Shown: positions 30,186-41,923, numbered from the stretch's first letter. The stretch is DNA of 64,000 nucleotides from Carpediemonas membranifera BICM (GCA_019828565.1 JAHDYR010000007.1:729333-793332), one strand, 5' to 3'. Numbers and translations are program-made. Notes: generated by a model from the letters alone, not told the origin.

Positions 30186-32931
30186 TTAAACACCAAACTC
30201 AGGCTCATCGACGACGGCCTCCTCAGAGACCTTAATGAACACATCCTCGAGGCTGGGCGAGGTGACGCCCCACTCGATGTAGCCGTGCATGCCCTCTGCC
30301 TCCCTCAGGAGCCTGGCCATCTCAGACAGCGTTGGCTTGCCAGGAGAGGAAACCTCAGAGGCAGAGAACGTGAAGCCGAGAGAGCCGGCGACGTTCTTCT
30401 CGATGTTGAGGGAGTCGCAGATCGAGTTGAGATAGGAGATACAGCGCTCAACGTTGTCGGTCACAATCTCCTCGTGCTCGCTGACTGTGACACCGGCGGC
30501 GCGGGGCGGGTTGCAGTTAATGACAAGGGAGTATGTCGTGGCGCCGAGCTCCTTCTTGAGGGCAGCGGGGGAGCCGAGGACGGCGACACGCCCGTCCTTC
30601 ATGATGGAGAGCCTGTTGCAGAGGGCGTCGGCCTCCTCCATGGAGTGGGTCGTCAGCAGGATCGTGCGGCCGGCCTTCTTCTGGCGGATGATCTCCCAGA
30701 GGCCGCGGCGGGTCTCGGGGTCGAGGCCGGTGGTGGGCTCGTCGAGAAGGACGACATCGGGGTTGCCCATGAAGGCGATGGCCACGCACAGGCGGCGGCG
30801 CATGCCACCGGAGTAGGCAGAGACGTGCTTGGGCAGGTCGCAGGCGCGCTCGAGGCGGACGGAGGCAAGGCCCTCGTAGACCTCCTTGCCGAGGCGGATC
30901 GAGGGCACGCCCTTAATGCGGCCGAAGAAGTTGAGGTGCTCAGCGCCGGTGAGCTCGGGCCAGACGATGTCGTCCTGGGGGCAGACGCCGCAGATGTTGC
31001 GGACGTTGCCCATCTGCGTCTTGATGTCGTAACCGTGGACGTAAGCAGTTCCGGAGGAGGCGTTGACGGTGCCGGATAGGATGTTGACGGTGGTGGTCTT
31101 GCCAGCACCGTTGTGGCCAAGCAGGCCGAAGCACTCGTTGCGGCGGATGGCGTAGTTGATGCCGGCGACGGCCTTGACCTCGTGGCGCTTGAAAAATCCA
31201 AATGAGGTAAAAGACTTGCGAAGGTCGGCGATGACGATGCCGTAGTTGGAGGCGAGAGTCTTGCGGCCCTCCTTGCGCATCTCGATGGCGTCGCAGACGG
31301 TCTTGCCCTCGTGCTGGACGCGGCGCTCAGACAGCGAGAGGTTCTTCTCGATCTTCTCGCGGCTGGGCACCTTGGAGCGGACGGGCATCCAGGTGCGGGG
31401 GAGGAAAGGGAAATAGAAAGGCTCGACCGTGTCGGGAGTCGTGGGCATGACGCGGTCGAGATAAACGCCCAGGCCGCCGAGGATGAAGCCAGAGGCGACG
31501 AGGGCCCAAGCCATCTTGCCGTAGTAGCCGAAGGGGTCGACGGCGCTCTCTAGGGTCATGGGGTGGCCGGCCGAGGTGGTCGCCGTGCCCCAGCCCATCA
31601 CAGTCTCGCAGATGCCGATCGGGGGGATCCACCAGATGGTCCAGCCCTGCTGGCCGGCCATGGAGGCCTCGAGGGCGACGATGACGTACGACATGATGGA
31701 GATGATGAGCGTGTAAGCCCAGGCGAGGATGGTGGTGGCGCGTTCAGACGAGAACAGCGTGGACATGAAGATGGTCTGGCCGGCAGCGGAGACGGACCAG
31801 CAGAAGAGGATGAACTCCATGCCCCAGAGGTCCTGGGACGTGAACATGCTGAGGTCGAGAACATAGCCCATGATGATAAAAATGTTGTTCATCACGAAGG
31901 AAAGGACGAGGAAGAAAACAACCTCGACAAACCAGTACTCGGCGGCCTTAAGGCCGAGCATGCGCATGATCATGCGAAGTTTGTGCTCCTTCTCGTACAC
32001 GAGAGAAGTCGCGGTAAAAGGTAAAAGGAAGTGGAAGAGGGGGGTAAAGAAGTAGCCGGCAATCATGGCGACAATGTCGATCGAGTTATTACCGTCCATA
32101 GGATAGTGTGAGGTCGAGCTCTTGATGTCAGACGTGGCCGAGCCGGTGACCTTGCGGGTGAAGGCGGACTTGAGGATGTTGAGCGCCTGGCTCATCGTAC
32201 GGTACTCGTCAGAGCTGCTGGAGTAGGTGACGTTCGAGACCATGTCGAGGGCAAACTCGCCGTGAGTGGCGTTGACGTTAGCCTTGTTGAAAACAAAAGA
32301 GCCCATAGGGGGTGACGTGACGACGGTCATGATGCCGAAGGACATGGCATTTTTCTTATCCCATGTGGATGCGAGGTACGCCTCGAGCCCGGTGGTGGAG
32401 GCGAATGTGGTGACGTTGGGCAGGAGGGCGGTGTGGTCGACGCCGTAGGCGGAGGAGGTGATCTCGGGCATGTGGAGCATGGCACCGGACCCGGACTGGG
32501 CCAGAACATCCCAGGAACCCCAGTCGAAGGAGCTGCCGTCGGCCTTAGTCAGGTAAAAGGCGGGGCCAGTGTAGTCGAGAGCGTCGCCGACACCGAAGCT
32601 GTCGTCGACCTGGCCCGTGCGGAAGGAGGAGTAGTCAGTGAGGCCGAAGAGGTTTTGGTCTTCAATTTGGGCGGCGATGAAGAGGTCGAGACCCCTGAGT
32701 AAGAAAGCGCGAGAGAGGGACAAACTTGATGATTACCATTGCCGTTGCGGGGAGCAAAAACATGCAAATGAGGGTGAAAGTGGATCTACGCCAGCGGATG
32801 AACTGCTTGATGAAGAGGGCCCGGACGTTGTTGAAGAAAGAGGAGTATCTTGTGTAGATGACGGAAAGGATGGCTTTAAAATAGCCAATAACGAAAGAAA
32901 AGGGCGCAAAAACGCGCTGCAGCGATGGCAT
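30186..32931 (-). CDS. ABC transporter subfamily A; 31-nt intron 32695-32725
   Basis: YEKEHKLRMIMRMLGL, Walker A GHNGAGKTT, signature YSGGMRRRL, LLDEPTTGLDP, TTHSMEEAD and SLEDVFI. Confidence 0.93.
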
Positions 32932-33428
32932 GGCAAAACTTATGCAATCGACGCCTGTTCTGACTCCGAGGCGACTGTGCCGAGTTCGGCCGATAGAGTA
33001 CATCATATCAATACGAACGAAGAAAGGGCTGAACGCCGATTTAATCGTATGTAACGTGTGGTATGGAGTGCTATCCTCCATGATATGCCCTCAAATTACA
33101 AATGCTCGTTCTTGTCCTTAACCTGCGCAGTATTACTCAGGCCTCTTGGGGACGATGGTAGTGAAGAATAGTCTGTATTTACGTGAGAATAAGGTACAGT
33201 GTCAGCTATCTGCCAGTTCTAGCAGATTATAGAGTCTTCGGCGTCCTCTGGAGGTCGAGCATGGAGGCAGTTTTCAGTCATGGAGGACGGGGCGAACAAC
33301 GAGAAAGAGGCACATGGCCACCATGGTCGCTGGTTGACCTATACACACACCATTCTCGTTTTTGCAGTTCTTCCCCTGAAACAAAATGGAACGACGATGA
33401 GCAAAGCGATCTGAACCAGATGACGCCG

Positions 33429-35015
33429 TCAACCATCGCTACTCACTGAGTCCACCTCCATTTCCTCAATCTCGTACCAGTCAGCAGGCTCTAGGAGCCC
33501 TTCATCGCCCAGGACTGGGTCAACCCACACCCCGTCGTAAAAGAAGCCGGAACCATAGTCATGGCGGGTCGCCTCGAACGGCATTGTGTACATCCCATGT
33601 ATGCGGTGATAGAAGTGTGTCTTGCCCTCACCAACCCAGCAGACAAAGTCGCCCCGGCAGTGGAATCGTGAAATCCGTGAAGTGAAGGCGAGTGGAACAG
33701 GGTTTGCGCATATTGCGCATTGGTCGAGGCCAGGCAGCAAGTTAGTCATCGATAGAGAGAGGGGCACTTCGCCCGCAAACAACAGCCGCCGCCCGCTGAG
33801 GAAGATATTAAACCAGCCGTCCGAGGCAACAACTCGGTCGGTGCGGAATGGGACGGGCTGGAACTCGGTCACATCGTTACAGTGGCCCAGGCCAAGCTCG
33901 CCGCACCAGTTGGGCCCAGTGATCATTTGATGATCGCCCATGGAGAGCAGCACCGTCATGTCGTCCTGGATGAAGTCAGGAATGAAGTGGGCAGGGAGCG
34001 GCACGTGGTTGAATATGGTCCCATTGGCCCGCACTCCTTCGGCCAGCATGTTCTGGACATTACCGGCGACAACTAACCCAGCTGGAGTCGCGATAAATGT
34101 CCGGGAGTGGGACATGCTCAGCTGACACACAAGGTCAGACTTCCTCCAGGCGGGCAGGCTGGCCTCGTACGTCTCCACGCCGGGGCAGGCCTGACTGAAC
34201 CTAATGCGGGTGGGGCTCTCCACGTAGGACGCCGTCGACCCGACCCCGAGCTGTCCATAGTAGTTGTACCCCCAGCCCCACATCCCCTTGGGCGTCTGGG
34301 CGATGAATGAGTCAAATCTCGAGACTGAGTGGATCCTGGTGATGCGGGCAGTCGGAACTCGCATGAGCTTCCGGTGAGATGTTGGGAGCAGCTTGAAGAG
34401 CCGACCCGAGTAGATCTGGTGCACACTGAAGCCATCTGGGTTATATGCTGAGGTGTTCGCGATGCCTTCCTTCCCGGCCACATTGTAAGTGAAGAAGAAC
34501 TTCTTGCAGAGGAACCAGAGGCACCGTTCTGACCGCTTATAGTCGACTCTATGCTGGTCTGCCTCCATTGGTGTCATATCCAGGAACGGGTCAGCGCCTG
34601 CCTGCAGCAGGATGGCCCAGATGGTGCCCTGCAGCAGCGTATGCAGGGCGACGGGAAGCTCCTCGCCCTCCGCGAGCTCAACGTTCATGGAAAGCGGGGA
34701 GCCGTCTGTGAGGATGGAGATGGATCTGTTGAGGAGGTTCAGGGCTTTGTTGTCCTTCTTGCGGAAGAGCTTCAGACTGGGCTTGAGCTGAACAGCTGAG
34801 AGCAACGAGAGGAGGTCAGCGGCATCGTCGCCAATGCGATATGTACTTTCTATCTCTGGGATCGCTGATATATCCTCGTGAAACGCCGCGGTGTACGTTG
34901 CTTTGAGTAAAGAAGGAATATCACCCGAAATAGACGCTGTGGTTGTTAGAGAAATCAGATAGGCAGCTCTCAGCACAGCTTTGTTACGCATATCCCTTGA
35001 ATCGAAGAGTCCCAT
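33429..35015 (-). CDS. RCC1-repeat protein, same family as 25139-26773
   Basis: GWGYNYYGQLG and GPNWCGELGLGH; shared block PLSMN.ELAEGEELPVALHTL. Confidence 0.8.
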   Translation of the reverse strand: MGLFDSRDMRNKAVLRAAYLISLTTTASISGDIPSLLKATYTAAFHEDISAIPEIESTYRIGDDAADLLSLLSAVQLKPSLKLFRKKDNKALNLLNRSISILTDGSPLSMNVELAEGEELPVALHTLLQGTIWAILLQAGADPFLDMTPMEADQHRVDYKRSERCLWFLCKKFFFTYNVAGKEGIANTSAYNPDGFSVHQIYSGRLFKLLPTSHRKLMRVPTARITRIHSVSRFDSFIAQTPKGMWGWGYNYYGQLGVGSTASYVESPTRIRFSQACPGVETYEASLPAWRKSDLVCQLSMSHSRTFIATPAGLVVAGNVQNMLAEGVRANGTIFNHVPLPAHFIPDFIQDDMTVLLSMGDHQMITGPNWCGELGLGHCNDVTEFQPVPFRTDRVVASDGWFNIFLSGRRLLFAGEVPLSLSMTNLLPGLDQCAICANPVPLAFTSRISRFHCRGDFVCWVGEGKTHFYHRIHGMYTMPFEATRHDYGSGFFYDGVWVDPVLGDEGLLEPADWYEIEEMEVDSVSSDG

Positions 35016-35417
35016 TGTTCCTGGCAAGGGAACTTCGTTTATCGTGCATGCTTTGGTCACCGGAAGTCGTCTCGAGTCGGCTCTCTCTTCGGCTATCTTC
35101 CAGGTGTCAGGCAGAGCATAGAAGATCATGCACGTGGCGTGCTAGCCCCGGGGCGACCATCATGCGGTGCTCGGTCGACTTTGATGGATGTTGAGCATCT
35201 TCACGAGGCTCCGCAAACCCATGGTGACTTTCGATGCGCAGCTCGCCATAGTGCCAGTCGTTCCCCATTATTACCGGCCACATAACATTTCCCACTCGGC
35301 TGTTGCCCACAAATGTGCCCAAATCACGCTCGAATCACTCGAACTGGTGGCCCCGAGAACGAGACATACTGTCAGCCAGACATCCTCCTCGGCACACCTG
35401 ACGCGCGGTTTCAAGTC

Positions 35418-36388
35418 TCTGCCTTCGTCAAACTCGGCATCTTGATTCGCGTTCGAAGATGCGATGCGATACGCTATGGACGTAAGGGCCCCCAATCGTC
35501 TCCACTTGTTCACCGCTTCGTGAAACTATCCCAAACATCCATGTTCCGCTTCGATAACCGTGTTGTTGCTATCACTGGCGCCTCCTCCGGCCTCGGCTAC
35601 CAGGTTTGTCACCGCAGCGCCCCTTACGCAGATGGCTGATTCCTTTGCCCAGCAGGGCGCCGCCCTCGTCCTCATGGCCCGCCGCGTGGAGAAGTGCGAG
35701 GCCCTCGCCAAGATCCTCAAGGAGAAGTACAACGCCGAGAGCCTCTGCATCAAGTGCGACGTCACGTCCACCGAGTCCGTCAACGCCGCCGCCAAGGCCG
35801 CTGAGGAGAAGTTCGGCAAGGTCGACATCCTCGTCAACAACGCCGGCGCCAGCAAGAACGGCGGCTGCCTCGACATGACCGACGAGGATTGGGACTTCAC
35901 CATCGACGTCGACCTCAAGTCCGTCTTCCTCGTGACCCGCGCCTTCGGCAACATCATGAAGAAGCACAACTACGGCCGCATCATCAACATCGCGTCCATC
36001 TACGGCCTGGTCGGCAACAAGGTCCTCGAGGCCCCCGCCTACCACGCCTCCAAGGGTGGCGTCATCAACTTCACCCGCGCCGTCGCTGCCGAGCTCGCCA
36101 AGTACAACATCACGTGCAACGCCATCTGCCCCGGCTTCTTCACCACCGAGCTGACCGAGGACTTCATGGAGACCGAGATGTTCGACAACTACTGCAAGGC
36201 CTCCGTCCCCATGCTCCGCTGGGGCAAGGAGGGCGAGATCAATCCCGGCGCCATCTTCCTGGCCAGCGAGGAGGCCTCGTACGTCACCGGCATCGCCCTC
36301 CCCATCGACGGCGGCTACACTGCCGTTTAAGTTTACGTTTGTAAAGCACTTTGCTTAACTCTGTCTGACGCGGGTCGGCCCGATCACG
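35418..36388 (+). repeat. Inverted ~1-kb copy of the SDR locus (27126-28097)
   Basis: Reverse-complement identity covering the upstream region, CDS and 3' flank. Confidence 0.9.
35541..36330 (+). CDS. SDR, copy 2; 28-nt intron 35604-35631
   Basis: Same protein as copy 1. Confidence 0.9.
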
Positions 36389-36574
36389 TCAGCATCAGGA
36401 GACACCGAACCTGGCATAGCAGGCCAACCCTGGTGTGAAGCTCTTTGGGACAATTCATCCCGCTCTCACTGTCAGGTCGGAGTCTCATCCGGCCGTTGTA
36501 CTGATCTGGTCACCCCGTGCCCAAAACACATACAAAGCCGCGCACTATTATTAACACAGCGCTATTTATTTGCG

Positions 36575-39334
36575 TCAGACCCGGTCGTCCGAGTCGTACG
36601 AATAGTACGAATACGCCGAGTACGCCGACCCCTCCAGTGCCACTGCCTCTGTGCTGCTCGAGCTGCTCGACTCGGTGTTGCTGTGCGCGTCGACGATGTC
36701 CTGCGCGACCTCGGGGTACTCCTCCGGCGGAGGGGCGAACGCTGAGATCAGGGACGCCATCGGGTTGGATCTCGTGCCGTCGGGGAGCACGGGGGGGTTG
36801 GTGACGGATGCTCCCCTCGTATCCCGGGGCATGGCGTCGCGCTGGGCAGACAAAACCGAGGTGACCGAATGCGCCTTCGAATGGGCCGTTCCCGTAGCGG
36901 TGGAGGGGTTGTACCCCCCTTCAATGGCCTCGTCCCGCGTGACCTGGTTCCCGAATGCGGAGTAACACATCTGACAATGGGGGCACTTGATGTAGCCCTC
37001 GAGAGAGGAATCACCCCGGCCTGTGAGGAGGTGGTAGTCGCGCTTTGACAGTGGCTGGCGGCGTGCGGCCTTCCATATCTTGGGAACGAATGTGACTGCC
37101 TGGATCAGAATCACACCAACAGCGAAGACACCTGGGACAATCTTGGGAGGCACGAACGGATCTGAAGAGATCGCATAAACAAGAGCGATGACCGCTCCAA
37201 GCACAGCTGAGATCTGGATCGACAAACTTAGCACCTTGGTTTCCGTAATCGGCAGTTTCCTAGTCTTGAACACCAGGATCCCGTTGGGGGTGAGGAACAG
37301 CAGCACGCAGACCGCAACGACGATCGCCCAGAGCATGGCGTACGAGGACTCACAGACGGTGCACGTGGTGTAGTCGTCGAGTTTGTAGTCAGTCATCTTG
37401 AATGTATCGATGATGGTCCACACGATCACGACAACGACGGGCAGAGGGATGCCGACGAGGACCAGGGGCAGTAGGTGGAGGTCGTTAGGGACTGTGAACC
37501 GCTTCATATGGCTCCTGGTCGCCCTAAGTATCCAGTAAATGCGGGCCTGCTTGGCGAAGAGGGAGCCGAGGGCAATGGCTACGCCCAGGCCGATGAAGAG
37601 GAGCATGTTGACGCAGATGATGGTCGACTGCCAGACAAAGGAGAGGACAAAGAGGGCGATGCCGAAGACAGAGAGCAGCCAGCCGACGTTGCCGGCGATC
37701 AGGTAGTTGGGCGAGGCCAGCTTGAAGTTTCCATCGCGAAGGAAGTATCCAAACACGACGGTGGCGAAGATCGAGAGCAGGATTGAAATGGCAGCCACGC
37801 TGCACGCAAAAAACCCGAGCAGAATAAAGATGCCGTCGAGCGTGACAGACGTCAGAGGGTCGATGCCCAGCGTCATCCGGTAGTACAGGAGCTGTGTCGA
37901 CCGGCCGTAGTCGTCGGTGACTGCCTCCATATCTGTTTCAAGATTCACCAGCATCTCGTCAATCTCAGTCGACCCGTACAGGTAGCTGACAAAATTCGAC
38001 TCCATCGCGTCGACGTAGTCGCTGAATCCAGTGATCCTGAGGTCGAGCGCGACATTGCTGTGACTGACAATCGCTCCGATGGCTGACATGATCCACTCCT
38101 GGTCGTCGGCCAGCCCAGCGTCGGCCCAGAGAGTGTCGTCGTTGATAGACTGGCGGTAGGGCTCGAAGCCTGTGCCCTTGAGGCATATCGGGTCGATCAC
38201 AGAGGGCGAGGAGGCCCACTCGAGGAAGGCGAACATCTCCTCCTTGTGGTCCGCCATCACGGGGATCGCGAGAGACCAGCCGCCGTGGGCTGCGAAGGGC
38301 GCGCGGTTGACCAAGGCACCCTCGCCGGTGGTCTCCGTAGCGAATGGGCAGAGGTCGACCGTGCAGTCTTTCAAGGTCTTGGAGTCGCGATCATATACCT
38401 GAGTCGACCCGGGCACTAGGGCAGACTTGGTGTGGTTGGCAACCCCTTCGACTGTGGATTGAGACGACAGGAAGAGTATGTCGCCCCAGTCGATGGTCAT
38501 GGCGCACGTGCCATTGCCGTACGCCTCGCGGGACTCGGCGAGAGAGATGGTCACGCCCTCGCCGTAGCCGTACTTGTTCGCGTCAGCAAAGAGCTCCACT
38601 GCTCTCTTGAAGCCGGCGTTGTTCATGAGGGCGGTCATGTCCTCCGAGGAGAACCACCCGCCCTGGTCGGTCCCGGCGTACTGGACGTAGGGGAGCGCGA
38701 AGTCGATGATGAAGCGGTACATCTGCTCTGCGCCAGAGTTAGTGATACAAAAGGCGACGTCGGGCATTCCCGCGTCTGCGACCATCGTCGTCTCTTCCAT
38801 AAGGAATCGACCGGCCTCAATGAGTTCTTCGAGCGTCAGAGGCACATCGACACCGTAGGCTTCGAACACGTCATCGCGCCAGTAGAAGTAGTGGAAATCG
38901 CCGTCGAAGGGAATCAGATATATGTCCTGGTTGAAACTGGTGCCGACCGAGCGCGTGAACAGCGCGATATCGTCCCAGGAAATGACGTCAGACGAGTCAA
39001 CGAAGGAGGTAAGCGGCTGGAGCTTCCATTCATCCGTGTTGGCGGTGCTGGTTACGTCTGCGAGCAGCAGGTCGAGGAGTCCGACTTGGCCGAGACTCAC
39101 GGCCTGGTACGAGATGTCTCCAAGCGCGAGAGAGCCCTTGATCTGCGAGTAATAGGAGCTCGGTGGTATGTATTCAAAGGTTATGACCACGTCGCTTTGA
39201 ATGGAGTTGTAGGTGTTGATAATCTCTTCAAAAGCATCGGGTGCATTGCCGTTAAGTGCAATTGAGAGTGTTGTCACCGCAGAGCATGCAACAACGAGGA
39301 ATAGCAGCAGTATAACCCTCGTTTGATGCAGCAT
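36575..39334 (-). CDS. Receptor-like fusion: signal peptide + sugar-type solute-binding domain + 7TM (class C GPCR-like)
   Basis: IYLIPFDGDFHYFYWRDD, CAMTIDWGD, NRAPFAAHGGW and SNVALDLRI, followed by ~7 hydrophobic helices including FKLASPNYL and GSLFAKQARIYWI. Confidence 0.75.
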   Translation of the reverse strand: MLHQTRVILLLFLVVACSAVTTLSIALNGNAPDAFEEIINTYNSIQSDVVITFEYIPPSSYYSQIKGSLALGDISYQAVSLGQVGLLDLLLADVTSTANTDEWKLQPLTSFVDSSDVISWDDIALFTRSVGTSFNQDIYLIPFDGDFHYFYWRDDVFEAYGVDVPLTLEELIEAGRFLMEETTMVADAGMPDVAFCITNSGAEQMYRFIIDFALPYVQYAGTDQGGWFSSEDMTALMNNAGFKRAVELFADANKYGYGEGVTISLAESREAYGNGTCAMTIDWGDILFLSSQSTVEGVANHTKSALVPGSTQVYDRDSKTLKDCTVDLCPFATETTGEGALVNRAPFAAHGGWSLAIPVMADHKEEMFAFLEWASSPSVIDPICLKGTGFEPYRQSINDDTLWADAGLADDQEWIMSAIGAIVSHSNVALDLRITGFSDYVDAMESNFVSYLYGSTEIDEMLVNLETDMEAVTDDYGRSTQLLYYRMTLGIDPLTSVTLDGIFILLGFFACSVAAISILLSIFATVVFGYFLRDGNFKLASPNYLIAGNVGWLLSVFGIALFVLSFVWQSTIICVNMLLFIGLGVAIALGSLFAKQARIYWILRATRSHMKRFTVPNDLHLLPLVLVGIPLPVVVVIVWTIIDTFKMTDYKLDDYTTCTVCESSYAMLWAIVVAVCVLLFLTPNGILVFKTRKLPITETKVLSLSIQISAVLGAVIALVYAISSDPFVPPKIVPGVFAVGVILIQAVTFVPKIWKAARRQPLSKRDYHLLTGRGDSSLEGYIKCPHCQMCYSAFGNQVTRDEAIEGGYNPSTATGTAHSKAHSVTSVLSAQRDAMPRDTRGASVTNPPVLPDGTRSNPMASLISAFAPPPEEYPEVAQDIVDAHSNTESSSSSSTEAVALEGSAYSAYSYYSYDSDDRV

Positions 39335-39622
39335 TGCGAATATTTAGCGGCCAATAGTCAACGTACGATTTTCGGGCCAAAAGTGCGTTGCGAATAATCT
39401 TACGCTTACCTGTGGATACCACCTCCTCGGCCGCCAAGGGGTCTCCGAGCTTGTCCTATCAACTTTTCATACATTGGTCACGTATATACATGTGTACATT
39501 TCCATCCAACAGATTCGATTACATTCTATTTCGGATCATCTGCTCAAGAATATTGGAGACCAATCTGGAAACGAAAAACGAGAAAACAGAATCTTTAGCG
39601 ACAGAAACTATCGGCGCGCCCT

Positions 39623-40936
39623 TCACTTCGCCACAGGAATCACGAGTGTTCTCGGCATTCTAGCTCCGCTTCGGTCCACCTTGGCAGCGATGCGATGGGC
39701 AACAAGCTTCGCAGCCACCGGGGTTATCATGCTAAACGGCTTGAGGTCACTCTCATCCTCGATCTCCTCCTGAAGCAGCTCCTCGATGACGTCCTCAAGA
39801 GTGATGATGCCCACCGCCTCCGCCGTCGACCCAGAGTCAGCCTCGGATATCACAACCGCGATATGCGACCGCCCAGTCTGGAACAGGTTGAGTATGTCGT
39901 ACAGCGGGCAGTCAAGGGGCACGTGTGGGAGGTGCATGAGGGTGACCTGGTCCGACTTGATGGGGACCTCGTCGTCGGGGGAGAGGGGCACCAGGGCCTT
40001 CACTACTATGCCTCCAATTACATTGGTACGTGTGCCGTCGTAAATAGGCACTCTAGACCTTCCACTGTCCATAATCGACCTGATCGTATCCCAGTCCAGC
40101 CGACCTGTGACGGGGAGCATGAACACCTTGTCCAGCGGCATATAGGCGTCCTTGACAGTCTTGTCCGCCATCTCCAGTGCCCCCCTGATGATAGTGACCT
40201 CGTCTCCGTTCAGGGGCCTGTCGTCTGTGTGGGTCGGAGTGAGGCCGTCGGGCATCGCGTCCTCGTCATCGCCCAGAGCCTGGTATGGGTTGGACAGTGC
40301 TCTCTCAATGTCAGGGCCGTGGAATTTGATCAGTTCTTTCAGCTCAGCCCGTTTGAACAGGGCGGAGTGGCCCTTGCCGAGGACCAGGTCGAGGAGGAGG
40401 CCGAGGAGCAAGGAGAGGGGGGCGGTCACAATCATGAGGACAATGACAATGGGGACGCACAGGGAGCCAATGAGAAGGCCGTAGCGTGAGCAAGCCGCCT
40501 GAGGTATGATCTCGCCGAACAAGAGCACGGCCGTCACAGAGAGGAGGATGGCCACCACGGGACTGGAGATGCGGTCCAGGAAGAGGGGAAGCGCCTCCAT
40601 GGCTGCGGCGTTGCAGAGGAGCAGGGTAACAAGAAGCATGTGGTGTCTTTTCACGACGAGGAGAATCTTCTTCGCTTGCTTGCTTTGGCGCCGTGTGCCG
40701 CCGTCGATCATTACCTGAAGACTCATTGTGTCAAAGGAGAGAAGCGCAAGAGTCAAGCCGCTCATAAGTCCACCGAAGGACACAAGAAAAACAGAAACAG
40801 CACAGCAGATCCAAAAGGGGAGCTCGAAAAACGAATAGTGCTCCTTGTACTCAATATCAAAGAAATGCGCAAACAGGTGGTGAAAGTCAGGGATATGGAG
40901 CGGTATATTTGGCGTCATCACGTTCCCGGGATTCAT
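39623..40936 (-). CDS. CNNM/DUF21-CBS protein (MAM3-like)
   Basis: FGGLMSGLTLALLS, HHMLLVTLLLCNAAAMEALP, FGEIIPQA, GRSRVPIY and GIITLEDVIEELLQEEI. Start uncertain. Confidence 0.92.
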   Translation of the reverse strand: MNPGNVMTPNIPLHIPDFHHLFAHFFDIEYKEHYSFFELPFWICCAVSVFLVSFGGLMSGLTLALLSFDTMSLQVMIDGGTRRQSKQAKKILLVVKRHHMLLVTLLLCNAAAMEALPLFLDRISSPVVAILLSVTAVLLFGEIIPQAACSRYGLLIGSLCVPIVIVLMIVTAPLSLLLGLLLDLVLGKGHSALFKRAELKELIKFHGPDIERALSNPYQALGDDEDAMPDGLTPTHTDDRPLNGDEVTIIRGALEMADKTVKDAYMPLDKVFMLPVTGRLDWDTIRSIMDSGRSRVPIYDGTRTNVIGGIVVKALVPLSPDDEVPIKSDQVTLMHLPHVPLDCPLYDILNLFQTGRSHIAVVISEADSGSTAEAVGIITLEDVIEELLQEEIEDESDLKPFSMITPVAAKLVAHRIAAKVDRSGARMPRTLVIPVAK

Positions 40937-41353
40937 CCTTAAACTGCGCGTCATCTGTGTGACCGGGTCGGGACCAGCCCAGAGCACTAGTCGTAGCACT
41001 CATGGTCTCTTCTGCCTCATTCTCCCGGTGGTTGGTGGATTGAATGTGATCAACGCGCCCATCGCCTGAGCAAGAGACTAGCTTCAGTCGCCCCAGTTCA
41101 AGGTCCGCTGGCACTCGGCCGAAAATCACCCTATATCAACGCCGTGCTCTCCACCGCCCGTGGCACATCGCATTTGGACACGGTTCGGCAGTGACCCGAG
41201 CGGTCTCACCATGAATGTGGCGTACAAGCCGCCTCATGCAATATTCCATTGATTGGAAAGATTGTTGATTTGATTTACGCGAATACATGCCCTGTTATGT
41301 ACAGGCCGCATGGACTTCTTCGACGGAGATTGAGAGAACAAACATACCGTCAA

Positions 41354-41923
41354 ATGGCCAAGAAAATCCTCGCAATCAAGTCCAGCATCCTCGGTGCTAA
41401 CTCGCAGTCATCGCAGCTCATCGATTACCTTCTCGAAGGCCTTGACGGGGATGTCACGGTCCGGGACGTGGCCGCGGAGCCGCTGCCGATGCTGGATCTG
41501 GAGACAATGACTGCGCTGAGCGCAGAACCAAACGATATCCAGCAGCTTTCCGACAAGCTCATCCAGGAGGTCAAGGACGCCGACCTCGTCGTGATCGGTG
41601 CCCCAAACTACAACTTCGCCATCCCCACACAGCTCAAGAACTGGATCGACCTCATCGCTCGCGCCGGTGTGACCTTCCGCTATTCCTCCGGCGGCGGTGT
41701 TGAGGGTCTCGTCACCAACACATGCGCCCTCGTCATCGCCACCAGTGGAGGCATGAAAAAGGATAATAACAGTGAGCTCGGGGCGCCGTACTTGAAGAGC
41801 ATACTCGGCTTCATGGGGATCCCCACTGAGTTCATATTTGTGGAGGGGCTGGGCATGTCCAAGGTCAAGGAGGCCGCCCTGGCGAAGGCCAAGGAGGAGC
41901 TGAAGGCGTATAAGTGCAAGTGA
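41354..41923 (+). CDS. azoR: FMN-dependent NADH-azoreductase, bacterial type
   Basis: KILAIKSSI...SQSSQL, APNYNFAIPTQLKNWID, RAGVTFRY and PYLKSILGFMGI. Confidence 0.88.
   Translation: MAKKILAIKSSILGANSQSSQLIDYLLEGLDGDVTVRDVAAEPLPMLDLETMTALSAEPNDIQQLSDKLIQEVKDADLVVIGAPNYNFAIPTQLKNWIDLIARAGVTFRYSSGGGVEGLVTNTCALVIATSGGMKKDNNSELGAPYLKSILGFMGIPTEFIFVEGLGMSKVKEAALAKAKEELKAYKCK

Noticed and set aside
33110-33130. CCTGCGCAG resembling the Fanzor terminal repeat core
   Set aside because: Only ~9 bp match, with no partner repeat or Fanzor sequence nearby.
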